Assembly: GCF_009914755.1 (NCBI RefSeq)
Contig: NC_060946.1
Direction: 5' to 3' (one strand)
Length of the DNA: 64,000 bases
From: the human T2T-CHM13v2.0 reference genome, Homo sapiens
Part shown: piece after piece, positions 1 through 15,574 of the stretch
Layout of the letters: every line of letters starts with the position of its first letter
Position numbering within the stretch: position 1 is the first letter of the stretch
The notes under the pieces: model-generated
What the model was told of the DNA's origin: nothing
Database searches by the model: none
The model's input: the letters and a program-made list of their open reading frames with translations, nothing else
Position numbers and translations under genes: made by a program

Positions 1-320
1 TGTTTTAAATTAAAATGATACCATTTCTGATGCTGAGTCACCCTTAACATTCTTAGGATAAACTTTACTTGCTTATGGTATATTTTGAGTTCACTTTTTT
101 AAGTGAACTCTCATGTCATGTGCATTTTCAATTGCATTAGCAGATAATTGGCCTTAATATTCTTTTTTACCATGTTTACAATTCCTTAAATTTCTATTAT
201 GTCTGTAGTAATTTCTTCTTTTTCATTCAGTATTTTATTTACATCTCCTCCTTTTTTGTCGGTTTTGCCAGAAGTTTGTCTATCTTGTTCAGTCTTTTTA
301 AACAGCCGGTTTTTGATTCA
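1..320 (-). mobile_element. Old L1 (L1M) fragment
   Basis: T-rich antisense L1-like text (agtttgtctatcttgttcagtctttttaaaacagc). Confidence 0.6.
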
Positions 321-394
321 GTGTTCCTGAAGTACCTCCCAGCAATCCCATCTCTAGGAAGCAGTGAAATGAAGACCCTGGAGCCACCTAGGAC

Positions 395-590
395 TGAGTT
401 CCTTGCTCTGTCACATGGCAGCTTTATAACCTTGGACATAGGACTTTGCCCCCTATGTGTTTACTTCCTCAATTGTAAAGTGGGAATAACTCTTTCTCAA
501 AATAGTTGTGAGGATCAGATTAGAAAATTTACCTAAAGCACAGGAAACAGCCTAGAGTGCACTGAAAGTATTTAGTACATGTTAATTCCC
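395..590 (+). mobile_element. MIR SINE
   Basis: ttcctcaattgtaaagtgggaataa...gttgtgaggat core. Confidence 0.6.
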
Positions 591-602
591 ATCCTCAGTG
601 CC

Positions 603-1020
603 TGTATTAGTCAGGGTTCTCCAGAGAAACAGAACCAACTGGATGGGCATGTTTGTGTGTGTGTAAGAGAGATCCACGGAGAGACAGAGATTGATTGATT
701 TTAAGGAATTGGTTCATGGGATAATGGAGATGCGAGGCCAAAGCCTATAGGATAGGCTGTCAGGCTGGAGATGCTGGGAAGAGCCGCAGTTTGAGCCCAG
801 AGGCAGTCTGCTGGCAGAATTCCTTCCTGCCCAGGGCAAGTCAGTCTTTCTTCTACTAAGGCCTTCAGTGGATTGGACGAGACATACCCACATTATGGAG
901 GGTAATCTGCTTTTCTCGAAGTCCAGTGATTTAAATGTTAACCTCATCCAAAAAACCACTCTCATAGAAACATCCAGAATAATGTTTGCCCAGCCAAGCG
1001 AACACATAAAATTAACTGGC
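603..1020 (-). mobile_element. MLT2-family LTR (ERVL)
   Basis: tgtattagtcagggttctccagagaaacagaacc...ggagggtaatctgc...cataaaattaac. Confidence 0.8.
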
Positions 1021-1769
1021 ACGGTCCCTTTGTTTGTGCTGTGCCCTTTCCCTGAAATGCTCCCCTTGCAGGCCCCTGCTAGGCCACGTGACACCTGTAC
1101 GTAGGTTAGAAAAAGGTGACCCTTCCCTGGGCAGACGCAGCTCCCACTCCCCTCCTCAGCCAGTGCCCGTGTGCAGGACACACTCGTGCAAGGCAGCCCA
1201 GACAACCTCCCTGCTCAATTTTTCTCCTGTTCCTTTCTCTGGGTGCCAAAGGCTTCCCGTCCTTCACAGTTCAGCTTCCTTGGTAAAGTCTTATCCTCCC
1301 CTGGCTAGAAGTAATCTCTCCGCTCACCCACTCACCCCAAACCCACATCACATGTCATGTTCTTAAAGGCATTTATCTCATTTATCTCATGTCTTAGTTA
1401 TTTTGTGCAAAGGTCTTGTCATTCCACTTGGATTAACCCCTTGAAATCAGCGTTGTAGCTTATCTGTCTTTAGGTCCTCTCTCTGCCTGTGGGGCTCAGG
1501 AAGAATTCATTCTCCCTTCATGAATGATTATCACAATATCAACCTCAAAGGAAGACTCTGAGGCAAAATTAGTATAGAGAGTTTATTTGGGCCAAGATTT
1601 AGGATGGCATCCCGGGACACACTTCCAGGTTTCCTTGGGGAGGTTCAAGTTTTTAAAGAAAAAAGGATGAAATCAGGAGAGGGGGGGACAACCAAAGCCA
1701 TTGGTCAGGAAGTCTCATTGGTTTACAGAAATAACATTGTCAGTGATTGACTATACGTTGTTGTTGTTG

Positions 1770-2103
<334 letters not shown>

Positions 2104-2186
2104 TAGCTACTTAGAGTCAGTCTAGAGGCCTCATACAGCAAGTGGCTTCAAGCCACTTATTAAATAATAGTAATTATTTAGCTTGA

Positions 2187-2533
<347 letters not shown>

Positions 2534-2792
2534 TGCTGTTACATTTTAAATGCCTCTCTGGGCCTGGTAATTTAAAAGGTCTCTGATTCCTCAGATAAAA
2601 CTTTTTTTTGTTTGTTTTTGTTTTTGTTTCTCAAAATGTAAGAGCTATGAAGAACTTTAAATGGTATTGTGTAGGGCAGGGCACAGGAGTCTTTAGAGTC
2701 AGGGTGATGGCAGAGCACACATGTGAAGGTGGTGACACCCCCGTGACGGAGGCTGATTGAGCGTACCTGGTGGCAGGTGCTGCTCTCAGCAC

Positions 2793-3103
2793 TTTCTTTT
2801 TTTTTTTTTTTTTTTTGAGACGGAGTCTCGCTCTTGTCACCCAGGCTGGAGTGCAATGGTACAATCTCGGCTCACTGCAACCCCTGCCTCCTGGGTTGCA
2901 ATGAGCGATTCTCCTGCCTCAGCCTCCCCAGGAGCTGGGATTACAGGTGCCCACCATCATGCCTGGCTAATGTTTGTATTTTTAGTAGAGACAGGGTTTC
3001 ACCATGTTGGCCAGGCTGGCCTCAAAGCCCTGACCTCAAGTGATTCACCCGCCTCAGCCTCCCAAAGTGCTGGGATTACAGGCGTGAGACACCATGCCTG
3101 GCC
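2793..3103 (-). mobile_element. Alu (S-like) with TSD ctcagcactttc
   Basis: Antisense body; direct repeat on both flanks. Confidence 0.92.
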
Positions 3104-3995
3104 CTGCACTCAGCACTTTCATGGTGCATCTCACTAAGTCCTGGGACAACCCTTTGAGATAGGTGCAGTTATTAGCTCTATTTTGCGGCCAAAGAAGCTT
3201 GGGCCGGCTGTGGCATGGGGATACCAGCCTGGTCTGCCTGACTTTAGAGTCGGTGCTTTCAGTTTTGAAGGCAAACCGACTTCCTGGACTGTATAGCAGT
3301 TACTGTTTACTGAGGACTTATTACATGCCAGAGGTTGTGTTTGCTGCTTTACCAAGTTATCCCTAATCCTCAGGGCAAAAGTGTAAAATACAAGGTATCC
3401 TCACTTTGCAGATGAGGAAACAGAGTCTCATTAAGGTTAAGTGACTTGCCTAAGGTCACAACTAGGAAGTGGGGGATCCACAGTTAAAACAAAATCTCTC
3501 CGACCCCAGAGCCGAGGACTTTTCCTCAGCATCACACGCAGGGTGTTTGGGCCAATAAGAAAGCCTTCAGCTGGAGCGTGGAGCATGGTTTGTGTAGGAA
3601 GCTGGAAGTAGCTGTGGTTAGAAAGGTGGAGCTGCCTCAGGCTGCATAAACCTTGCCTTCCAGGGTGGATAATCAGGACTGATTTTTGTAAATGAAGGGT
3701 CCTGAGCAATGACCTTGATTTGAGGATGGCGTAGGATGGGATGGACACCTGAAGGCCAAGGGAATCCAAGCCAGCCGGAGCTCTGCCTGGATCTGTGCCT
3801 GGGGAAGCACAGAGCTTCGCACAGCTGCAAGGCCATCAGCGCATCCAGGCCTGCTGAGAAAGTGATGTTTGAGCAGATGTGTGGCTCACGGAGATGAGCC
3901 CACCCCTGGCATCTCCGTGATGGCATCTCCTTGTGCCTGCTTGTTTTTCTAGGGTGTCAGGAGCAACTTTCCTCAGGCCCCTAGATCTCCCATGA

Positions 3996-4460
<465 letters not shown>

Positions 4461-4702
4461 TGATACAGTTTCTTAAGAGCTGCTGGAAGACCCCCAGGAT
4501 GGGGAGGTGGGGATTTGTCCAGGATGAAGTACAAGCACACGGCCTGCACCCCCAGGCCCATCTCCAGGGCTCAGATATGCTCAAAGATCGGGGGACGTGG
4601 AACTCCAGGAATGGTACAGGTGGAGTTTTTGACTCTTGGCCACCAGTGACCCCAGGGCGAGGTGGTACCATCTGAGCAGGGCATGCCTCTGTGGGCGTGT
4701 AG

Positions 4703-5044
<342 letters not shown>

Positions 5045-5340
5045 TGAAAGTCAAGCCTTTAACCTTGGCTTTACTGTTAACTACTGAATCATATGCCCAG
5101 TTTCAATTTTATCCCTAGGCTGCTGAGACTGAAGGAGGGAGCTCTGGGCTGGTCCTGGGGTGCTTAGCCTGCAGAATCACTGACGTCAAAGTGAGGGCTG
5201 TTGTTCTCTTCTGGGGCCTTTTGAGAAGAGGCAGGAACCACCCTGGGCTTGTCCATGCCTGAAGCAAGATTTGGGGACTTCTTCCTGCTCGCCAAAGAGG
5301 GTTCCCTATGGAAGGCTGTAGGAAGCAGAGCGTCTAGTGA

Positions 5341-5580
<240 letters not shown>

Positions 5581-5850
5581 TGAGTTGGGCCGGATCAAAG
5601 AAGGGCCCAGGAGGCCTTGATTCCAGGTAGGTGTTCAGGAAGATGCCAGACCGGAGCCTCCGTCATCATGAGTGTGTAACAGGGATCATCTGACGCAATA
5701 GCAAAGGACAGCTTTCTGCCCAGTCCCTTCCCTCAAACTTCCTGGTTGATGGATTATTCTAAAAAGAGGGTCAACTCTTCCTAGGCATTACGCACTGTCT
5801 GTTTTTCATGGTCCATTTGCAGCCAGTTGCATTTTGAGGCTAGTCATTAG

Positions 5851-6235
<385 letters not shown>

Positions 6236-6607
6236 TGATTTTAAAATAATTTAGCAGGAACACGAGAGACTGTATCTGTGTAATCTCTGCCCTCCAAGTA
6301 AATTAAAATATAGGTGACGAGAAGAGAGAGCTGAGCACATGAAACAGTGAATAGCAGGGTAAGTCCTGTCACATGGTCAGAGTATGGGTTTCTGCAGACA
6401 CTAAGTGCTTAAAAAAATCAGAAAAGAACCAATACAGAGTAGAATAATATTCATAATAGTGGCAGCTGCAGTTACTATTTTTTAAATGTGTGTTTGTGCC
6501 AGGGACTGAGCTAAATGTTTTATATGAGTTACTTCATTTGTGCCTCACAACAACCCTGTGAACATATGTCCTGGGAGCCCCAGCTTACAAGGCACATGAG
6601 AATATAA

Positions 6608-7771
<1,164 letters not shown>

Positions 7772-8305
7772 TGAAAAAAGAGAAGGATTCCAGGCTTGGC
7801 ATGGAGGGGTCTCAGAGCTTCTAATGCTACTGCTAGAAGGCATTCAGATCAGCCCTCATGGTAACCCAACAAATCAAATAAGCTGAGAAACTTTCTCCTT
7901 TGTAAGTGAAGAAACGGGGGCTCTGCACAGTGGGGTGCATGGCTGCAGCTCGACCCTGGCTCTGAGTTGAGGGCTCTTTCTAGCAAACCTTTTCCCTTGC
8001 CAGATCACCTATTGTCAGGATCTCACCTGGTTAGACACACCCCACCCTCCCCTGTACCCTACTGGTGCCCTGACCCAGTTTCCTGTCTCTGTGACGGGCA
8101 GTCCGACTTGGTTTCTCCACGTCCCTCTGCTGAGTGCTGTCTGCCCAGCTGCTTGTCCCTGGGTGGGATTGTTCCATGGCAGCGTCTTTCTGGGCATCTC
8201 TCTGGGATCCCCAGGAGGCCCTGGACTTTATGTCTCTCTCTGCAGCAGTCTCTGGGGTGGCCTTTCAGGTGGCTGGTGGCGGTGCCTTTCTCATCTCTGC
8301 ATCCC

Positions 8306-8323
8306 TGAGTCAGGGGACTTTCC
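8306..8323 (+). promoter_or_regulatory. Abutting AP-1 and NF-kB consensus sites
   Basis: TGAGTCA (8306-8312) directly followed by GGGGACTTTCC (8313-8323). Confidence 0.5.
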
Positions 8324-8919
8324 ATGGTGGGGTTTCTCCCTCCATCGCTGTGGAGCCCAGTGATGAGAACTGGGCTCTGGCTGGCCAGGTGGGCGATGGC
8401 AGGGCCTGAGGTCTTGTGTGCCCGGCCCAAGGGCTTCCAGGACTCCTGCATTCCTGCACACCAGCTTTAACCGGATTGTGATGGTGTGAGAGCAGGGAGC
8501 ACAAGTGTCATCCCCTCTGCTAATTCCCCAGCACTGCTTTGGAGTCTGACACATTCTGTGCTCAGGAAATGTTGGCTAACTTTGCTTCTTGGAGTTGGAA
8601 CAGGCCTGGGCGCCTCTGTGGCTGTGGGCACAGTGGGAGTGTCAGGGCGTTCCTTCTGTTTGGCCTGGAGACGTTGACTGAGCTGCTGGCCTGCCAGGTC
8701 CTGCACAGGCACTCTCTCTCCGCTTCTGCCCCCACAACCACCCTTCAAGCACAGAGGTGGCAGATGGCTCGGAGAGGTGAATGAAGTGGTCCCAGGTCAC
8801 AGGAAGTGGTAGTAAGGCCAGGATTCAAGACCAGGCATGGGCACAGCCATGTTCTGTCAGGGGAGGGGTGGCTGGCCCCATCCCCATTCCTCCTGGGCTC
8901 CCTGGCTCCCCTAACACCA

Positions 8920-8943
8920 GCTGCTGCTGCTGCTGCTGCTGCT
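8920..8943 (+). repeat. (GCT)8 / CTG trinucleotide microsatellite
   Basis: Pure run in intron 4. Confidence 0.95.
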
Positions 8944-9550
8944 CTGTACCTCTGGTTTGGAGGAAGGGTTGCCATGGTGAACACCTGGCAAGGGAGCGAG
9001 GGGAAGAGGGGAAGGAGGTGGAAGAGGGGAAGGAGGGGGCGAGCCGACAGCAGCAAGGACTATTTCCCGAGTCCTGACTGAAGTGGAGTGGAAGCTTTCT
9101 CTTCCTTCAGCCCCTCGCCCTGAGATGCAGTTTCCATGGAAACTCAAAGCCCATTGTCTTGTCCCTTCCCGCTGCCTTCTGTGTGTCCCTCCACATCCAT
9201 GTCCCTGCTCCCACATCTCGGGTGGTCACGGCGGCCCTGCCCCTGCTGCCGCTCTCTGGTGTCTGCACATGGTGCCCAGGAGCCAGCCTTGCAGACACAG
9301 ACGGTACCCTTGGGAAGCTCCTCTCCAGGGCACCTGATGCTGGGATAGAGAGAGAGAGGGAATAGTGAGGGCGAGGGCACGGACAGCCAGGAAGGTCCGG
9401 GGATGCCCGGAACCATCATCCCGTTCCTTGTCCGTCCTTTAGACGAACACAGAGCAGCCTCCTCCGGTAAGGCTTCTGCCCACCTGGGTGGGCGCCCAGT
9501 ACCTGCAGTCCTGAAATTCACGCACCTTTCCTCTCCCTCCCAAGGCCTGA

Positions 9551-9964
<414 letters not shown>

Positions 9965-10526
9965 TAAGCAGCCAGGACTGCATGTGTGAGAAGGTGGGCC
10001 CCTGACAGCATGGGGCACCCACCGTGGGAATCAGTGAGAACCTGAGCTCCTGCCTTTGGGCCCCCATGCAGGGAAAGTGTCCCCTTCCCCTGGTAAATGT
10101 TCAGAACCTCCCAGAGCAGCTGCCACCTGGCTCTCAATTCGGGACACATTGCTCCCTGTACCCAGGACACATCCGTCCCCTCCCTGGGGCTGTGTTCTCA
10201 TCTAGAAGGTGGGGGAGTGCACCATTGAGGGTTTCCGAGGTCCCCTGGAGTTCAGATTCTGCCTCTGTTCTTTCTGTCTCTGCTGCCCTCTTGTCAAGGG
10301 AGAACCTGAGTTGATGACAGTTTCTGTCATAAGAGAAAAAATAGAAAAAGCTCAGAGCTGACAGCCTGTAAAATTGCTTGATAAGGAGTATATAGTTGTC
10401 AAACAGCATGCAAATTTTTGCAAACCCAGGTGTGGCCCTTGGGAGAACCTTAGGGAAGTTGCTTCCTCCTTTCCGGCTGGGGATCCAGCTGGGGGCCAGG
10501 GGTGCCCAGCGGTTTCAAGGCTCACG

Positions 10527-10540
10527 GCGCACTCTAGTGG
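10527..10540 (-). promoter_or_regulatory. Candidate CTCF site
   Basis: Minus strand CCACTAGAGTGCGC, one mismatch to CCACTAGAGGGCGC. Confidence 0.4.
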
Positions 10541-10678
10541 CAGAAGCTAGGCGCCTCTTCTACGTCTTCCCTCCGCCCTCGCCTCCTGCTGGGAGTGTTC
10601 ATCCCTTATTCTGGAGCTTCTGTGCCCTCCGCACAGGCTCCCTGGGTCAGGGACCCCCAAACTCACAGAGCAGCCTCA

Positions 10679-11290
<612 letters not shown>

Positions 11291-11807
11291 TTTTAAAGAT
11301 AAAAATAAAATCCAACAAATAGAGTCTGTACCACTGGGCAGGGCTTAGGAATCTGCATTTTAAATTAGGGCCCTCATTTTCCAGTGTAGCTCCCCAGTGC
11401 AGAGGGTCCTCAGACCAGCCGACTCCGTGGCGACTGAGGAAACACAGATGAGGCCCTGCCCTTTGAGTGCTGCCAGCCTAGGGGAGGAGATCCCTGTGCT
11501 GTGCCTGAGACCCCACCCAGTTCCCCCAGGGAGATGACTGGGAAATGGCCAACACTTTTGAAGTGGCGAGAGACATGGTGCCATACTCCATCACATGGAA
11601 CTGGCGTCCTCCTCGCTGCCATCCTGCCTGATGACAGCATCTCACAATGAGACCCCCAAGGTTCAGAGAGGCCAGGCCCTGTGTCCGTGGCTGCCCAGGG
11701 AGAAAGGGCAGTGTGATCTCCTGCCTCCCCAGCCTTCTGCAGATATCATGGCCATCTCCAGAAGGCTAGGATCGGCACCGTTTCCCTGCACCTTTAAAGA
11801 CTGTTTG

Positions 11808-12445
<638 letters not shown>

Positions 12446-14646
12446 TCAGATCTCTCTCTTGCTCTTGCTGCGTCTGGGGCATCTGCTGCTGTTATTACTG
12501 TTGTTACTAGGATTGTGCTAAACCCCTAAGTAGCTCGCCGTTGCTGTCTCATGCATTTTATTCAATAAATATGTGTCTACGAAGTGTCTGCTCTGTGCCA
12601 GGCCCTGCTCTAAGTTCCTGGCACAGCTGTGAACAGAATGAACATGGTCCTTGCTTTTATGGAGCATGTTACCCTGGGGAGAGACGAGGATTAGGGGAGG
12701 ATGACCCTTCTATAAAGGGTGCCAGGGAAGGCCTCTCTAACCAAGGAGCCTCGGAGCAAGACTTCAATGGAAGGAGAGGGCCCTGTGGACATCTGAGGGA
12801 AGATTCTTCCAGATACAGGGAATGCGAAGCCCTGGAGCCTGTGCATGCGGTTTGCACATCATTGTCCTTGTCATGGCTTCCATGTGGGTGACCTCTGCCT
12901 CCCTCTCTCCCGCACCACCTCACCTGCCAGCAAACCAGACTGACTGCAGGTCCCGAGTGCCCCAGGCTGCCACCCTCACCCCATGCTTATGTCACATGGC
13001 TCCCCTCCGCTGAGCGGCCCCTCCTCCCACCCTGCACCCGTTTTCAGCTCCACCTTGGCGTCACCTCTGAAGCTCCCAGGCCACGCATACTTTGTAAAAA
13101 AGACTATTCTGGTCATTTATACACCTTCCCTGTTCACCTGAGCAGGGCTGACTCCCCACACGTGGTCAGCTCCCAATATGTGAGCACTCAGGGAATGACA
13201 AGGGACACAGAGTTTGTCCTCAAGCCAAGCCAGTTTCTCTGTCCTGTCCGGGGCTAGGAAATGAATTCTGAGTCTAGGTGCTGTCTCCAGGCTTTCACCC
13301 TGCCTTACAAAAAAGTGGGGAGCATGGTGCTGGTGAAGATGGGCCCTGCCCCTGCCTTGCCAGGCTTCTCCCGGAGGCAGCCAGCCGGGTGGTGTGCAGG
13401 CTTGGGAAGCAGCTACCCCCACCACCACCCACCACCATCCCACCCCCAGCTACACCGCCTCCCCTGTTTAACGATCTGGAGGTTGATTTGCTTACCTGCC
13501 TCCAAAATGCTGCTGCCTCTGGGGAGGAACTGACATCTGCTTAGTGGGCCACGCAAATCAAACCAGCTGATGGGGGGAAATGGGGACGAATGTGTCCATT
13601 GCAGCAGTGAGTGACTCTAAGATGGCCGCATTTCATCCCACTAGCAGAGCCGCCCCAGACGTGCTCGGCACCACTGCGGAAAGTGACCCCCAGCGCCTTG
13701 GCCATGGAGCCCTTGGGGCGCAGCCTCCTGCCCAAAGGTGGGGGAACACCCTTAATGAGGGTGCAGCTGGATTTGTGGTCAGTCCTGAAGAGCTCGTTCA
13801 GTCTGCCTGGATGGATGAGGCCCGAGGCCGTGGGTCACAGTGCAGTGGGCAGGAGCAGCAGCCTGTGTGGCAGGGCAGGGCTCCAAGTTGGGCTCTGTTC
13901 AGTGGGTCCTGCTCATGGCCCAGGAGAGGAGGCAGACATGGCCTTAATTAAATTCACAGCTGAAGTGATACTGGAAGGTTGTGTGAGCACCAGAGAGGCA
14001 GCCCTTGCTGTGTGGAGGGGAACTGGCAGGAAATAACACGAGCGCCTTCCACCTGGGGAAAGGCAGCCAGCGCTCCGAGGACATGGGCTCCCCGCTCCAG
14101 CGCCTGACACCTCGCAGGCCTGCAGGTGTCAGGCCTGCCTCGCTACTCCCCTGCACTCCCTCCGGAGGTCCGAGAGCAGGAATCCAGCCAAAGGAACCGC
14201 AGGCCTCATCTCAGGACTGTAAAGAGAGTGGGAAGGAATGGTAGAGGCCTGGGGAAGAAGAGAAATCAGCTTCTCTGGCCGGGGGCGGGGGACAGCTTTC
14301 TCTCCCCCTTCCCTCCCTACAGGCAGCGCGTTCCTCTCTGTCCTCCCTTCAAAGGCGCGTCCTAAGCAGTGTGATCCACCCCACGGTGGCAGCTCTTGGC
14401 CAGCGCCAGCCTTTCCTGAGGCGCCAGCTTTCCTTCTTCCAGCCTAGGCGGCCTGTGGCGGAAGGAGCTGGAACTGGACCGGGAAGGCCAGGTTCTGGCA
14501 CTGTCGCTGGCTGGCTCTGGGAGCTGTGGGCACCTCAGCGGTAGAATGCGGCAGCCCGGGAGGGGAACCAGAGAGAAGGACCGCAGTCTTACTTTGCAGG
14601 CGGTGGAGCTGCATGTACTAGCTGGTAGTGAGCGGCCTCTTGGCTA

Positions 14647-14649
<3 letters not shown>

Positions 14650-14696
<47 letters not shown>
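14650..14696 (+). repeat. (TG)23 microsatellite
   Basis: Uninterrupted run. Confidence 0.97.
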
Positions 14697-14700
<4 letters not shown>

Positions 14701-14759
14701 CAAGTTTATTAGAAAAGTAAAGAAACAAAAGAATGGCTAGTCTGTAGACAGAGCAGCCA
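14693..14759 (-). mobile_element. Short MER41-like LTR fragment
   Basis: gtgaaagcaagtttattagaaaagtaaagaaacaaaagaatggcta...cagagcagcc resembles MER41 sequence as I recall it. Confidence 0.6.
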
Positions 14760-15078
14760 AGACTTTGGACTTGATGGTTGTTGTCATTGATTCTGCAGCC
14801 TGGATCCTTCCCCGACCCCTCTTTGGTCAGGAGATGGCTGTCACCTTGATGTCCCACCCAGTGGGGCTCCTGCCGAGGCTGCTGAGACAGGCAGAATCTT
14901 CCCTTCTACTTTCCCGGGTGCCCTATTGACTTGGTTTCCAGATCAGCAGCTTGGGAGGGAGACAGTGACCCCAGCCCCTCAACTGGAGATGTGGACAGCA
15001 CACAGGGTAGGAACTGAAGCTGAATCCACCAAGCGTTTCACTTACATCCTTCCCCGCCTCTGTCCCTTGCCTCTGCAG

Positions 15079-15128
15079 GTAAAACAAGTCCCAGTTCTGC
15101 CAAGCCTAGCAACTGTGTGATTTCCTGA
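15079..15128 (+). CDS. FAM83F: FAM83F last coding exon (exon 5), (G)KTSPSSAKPSNCVIS*
   Basis: Pyrimidine tract + ctgcag|GTAAAACAAGT...GTGATTTCCTGA; joins exon 4 in phase 1; C-terminal CAAX box CVIS matches farnesylated FAM83F. Confidence 0.93.
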
Positions 15129-15568
15129 GCTGCGGGATGGTGGTGGGCAGGACGTGTGGATGCCTGCCTGCCCTGCCCTGTGCTGTGGAGAGCGCAGGTC
15201 GCACACTGCACCAGTTTGCACATCAGACGCCAACTGGCCTTCTGCCCTGCAGCCTCCGTCCTGGCCTCAGGGACGCTGGATCCCAAATGAGAGGGTCCGA
15301 AGCATCTCAGTCACACGCCTCCACCGGACTGTCGGTGGCTGGGCAGGGGTCAGTGCCACGGCCTCCTTGTTTACATGAAGTGGAAGCTTGACCAGTGTCT
15401 GCTCGCCTTTGTGCCCCACCCCCTCCGCTGATTGCCAGATGGGGTGAGGGCCCATTCTTTAAACCTTTATGGGGTGGGGTGTCTGGGGCAGCTGCAGTGG
15501 CTTCTCCTTTCCCAGGCTTCCTGGTGCTTCTGATTCCCCACGCCACTCCCCACCCAAGAGATTGGTGG

Positions 15569-15574
15569 AATAAA
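15569..15574 (+). terminator. Proximal poly(A) signal of FAM83F
   Basis: First AATAAA ~440 bp after the stop codon. Confidence 0.6.

Noticed and set aside
4679-4688. p53 half-site GGGCATGCCT (others at ~22140 and ~26993)
   Set aside because: Isolated half-sites with no adjacent second decamer
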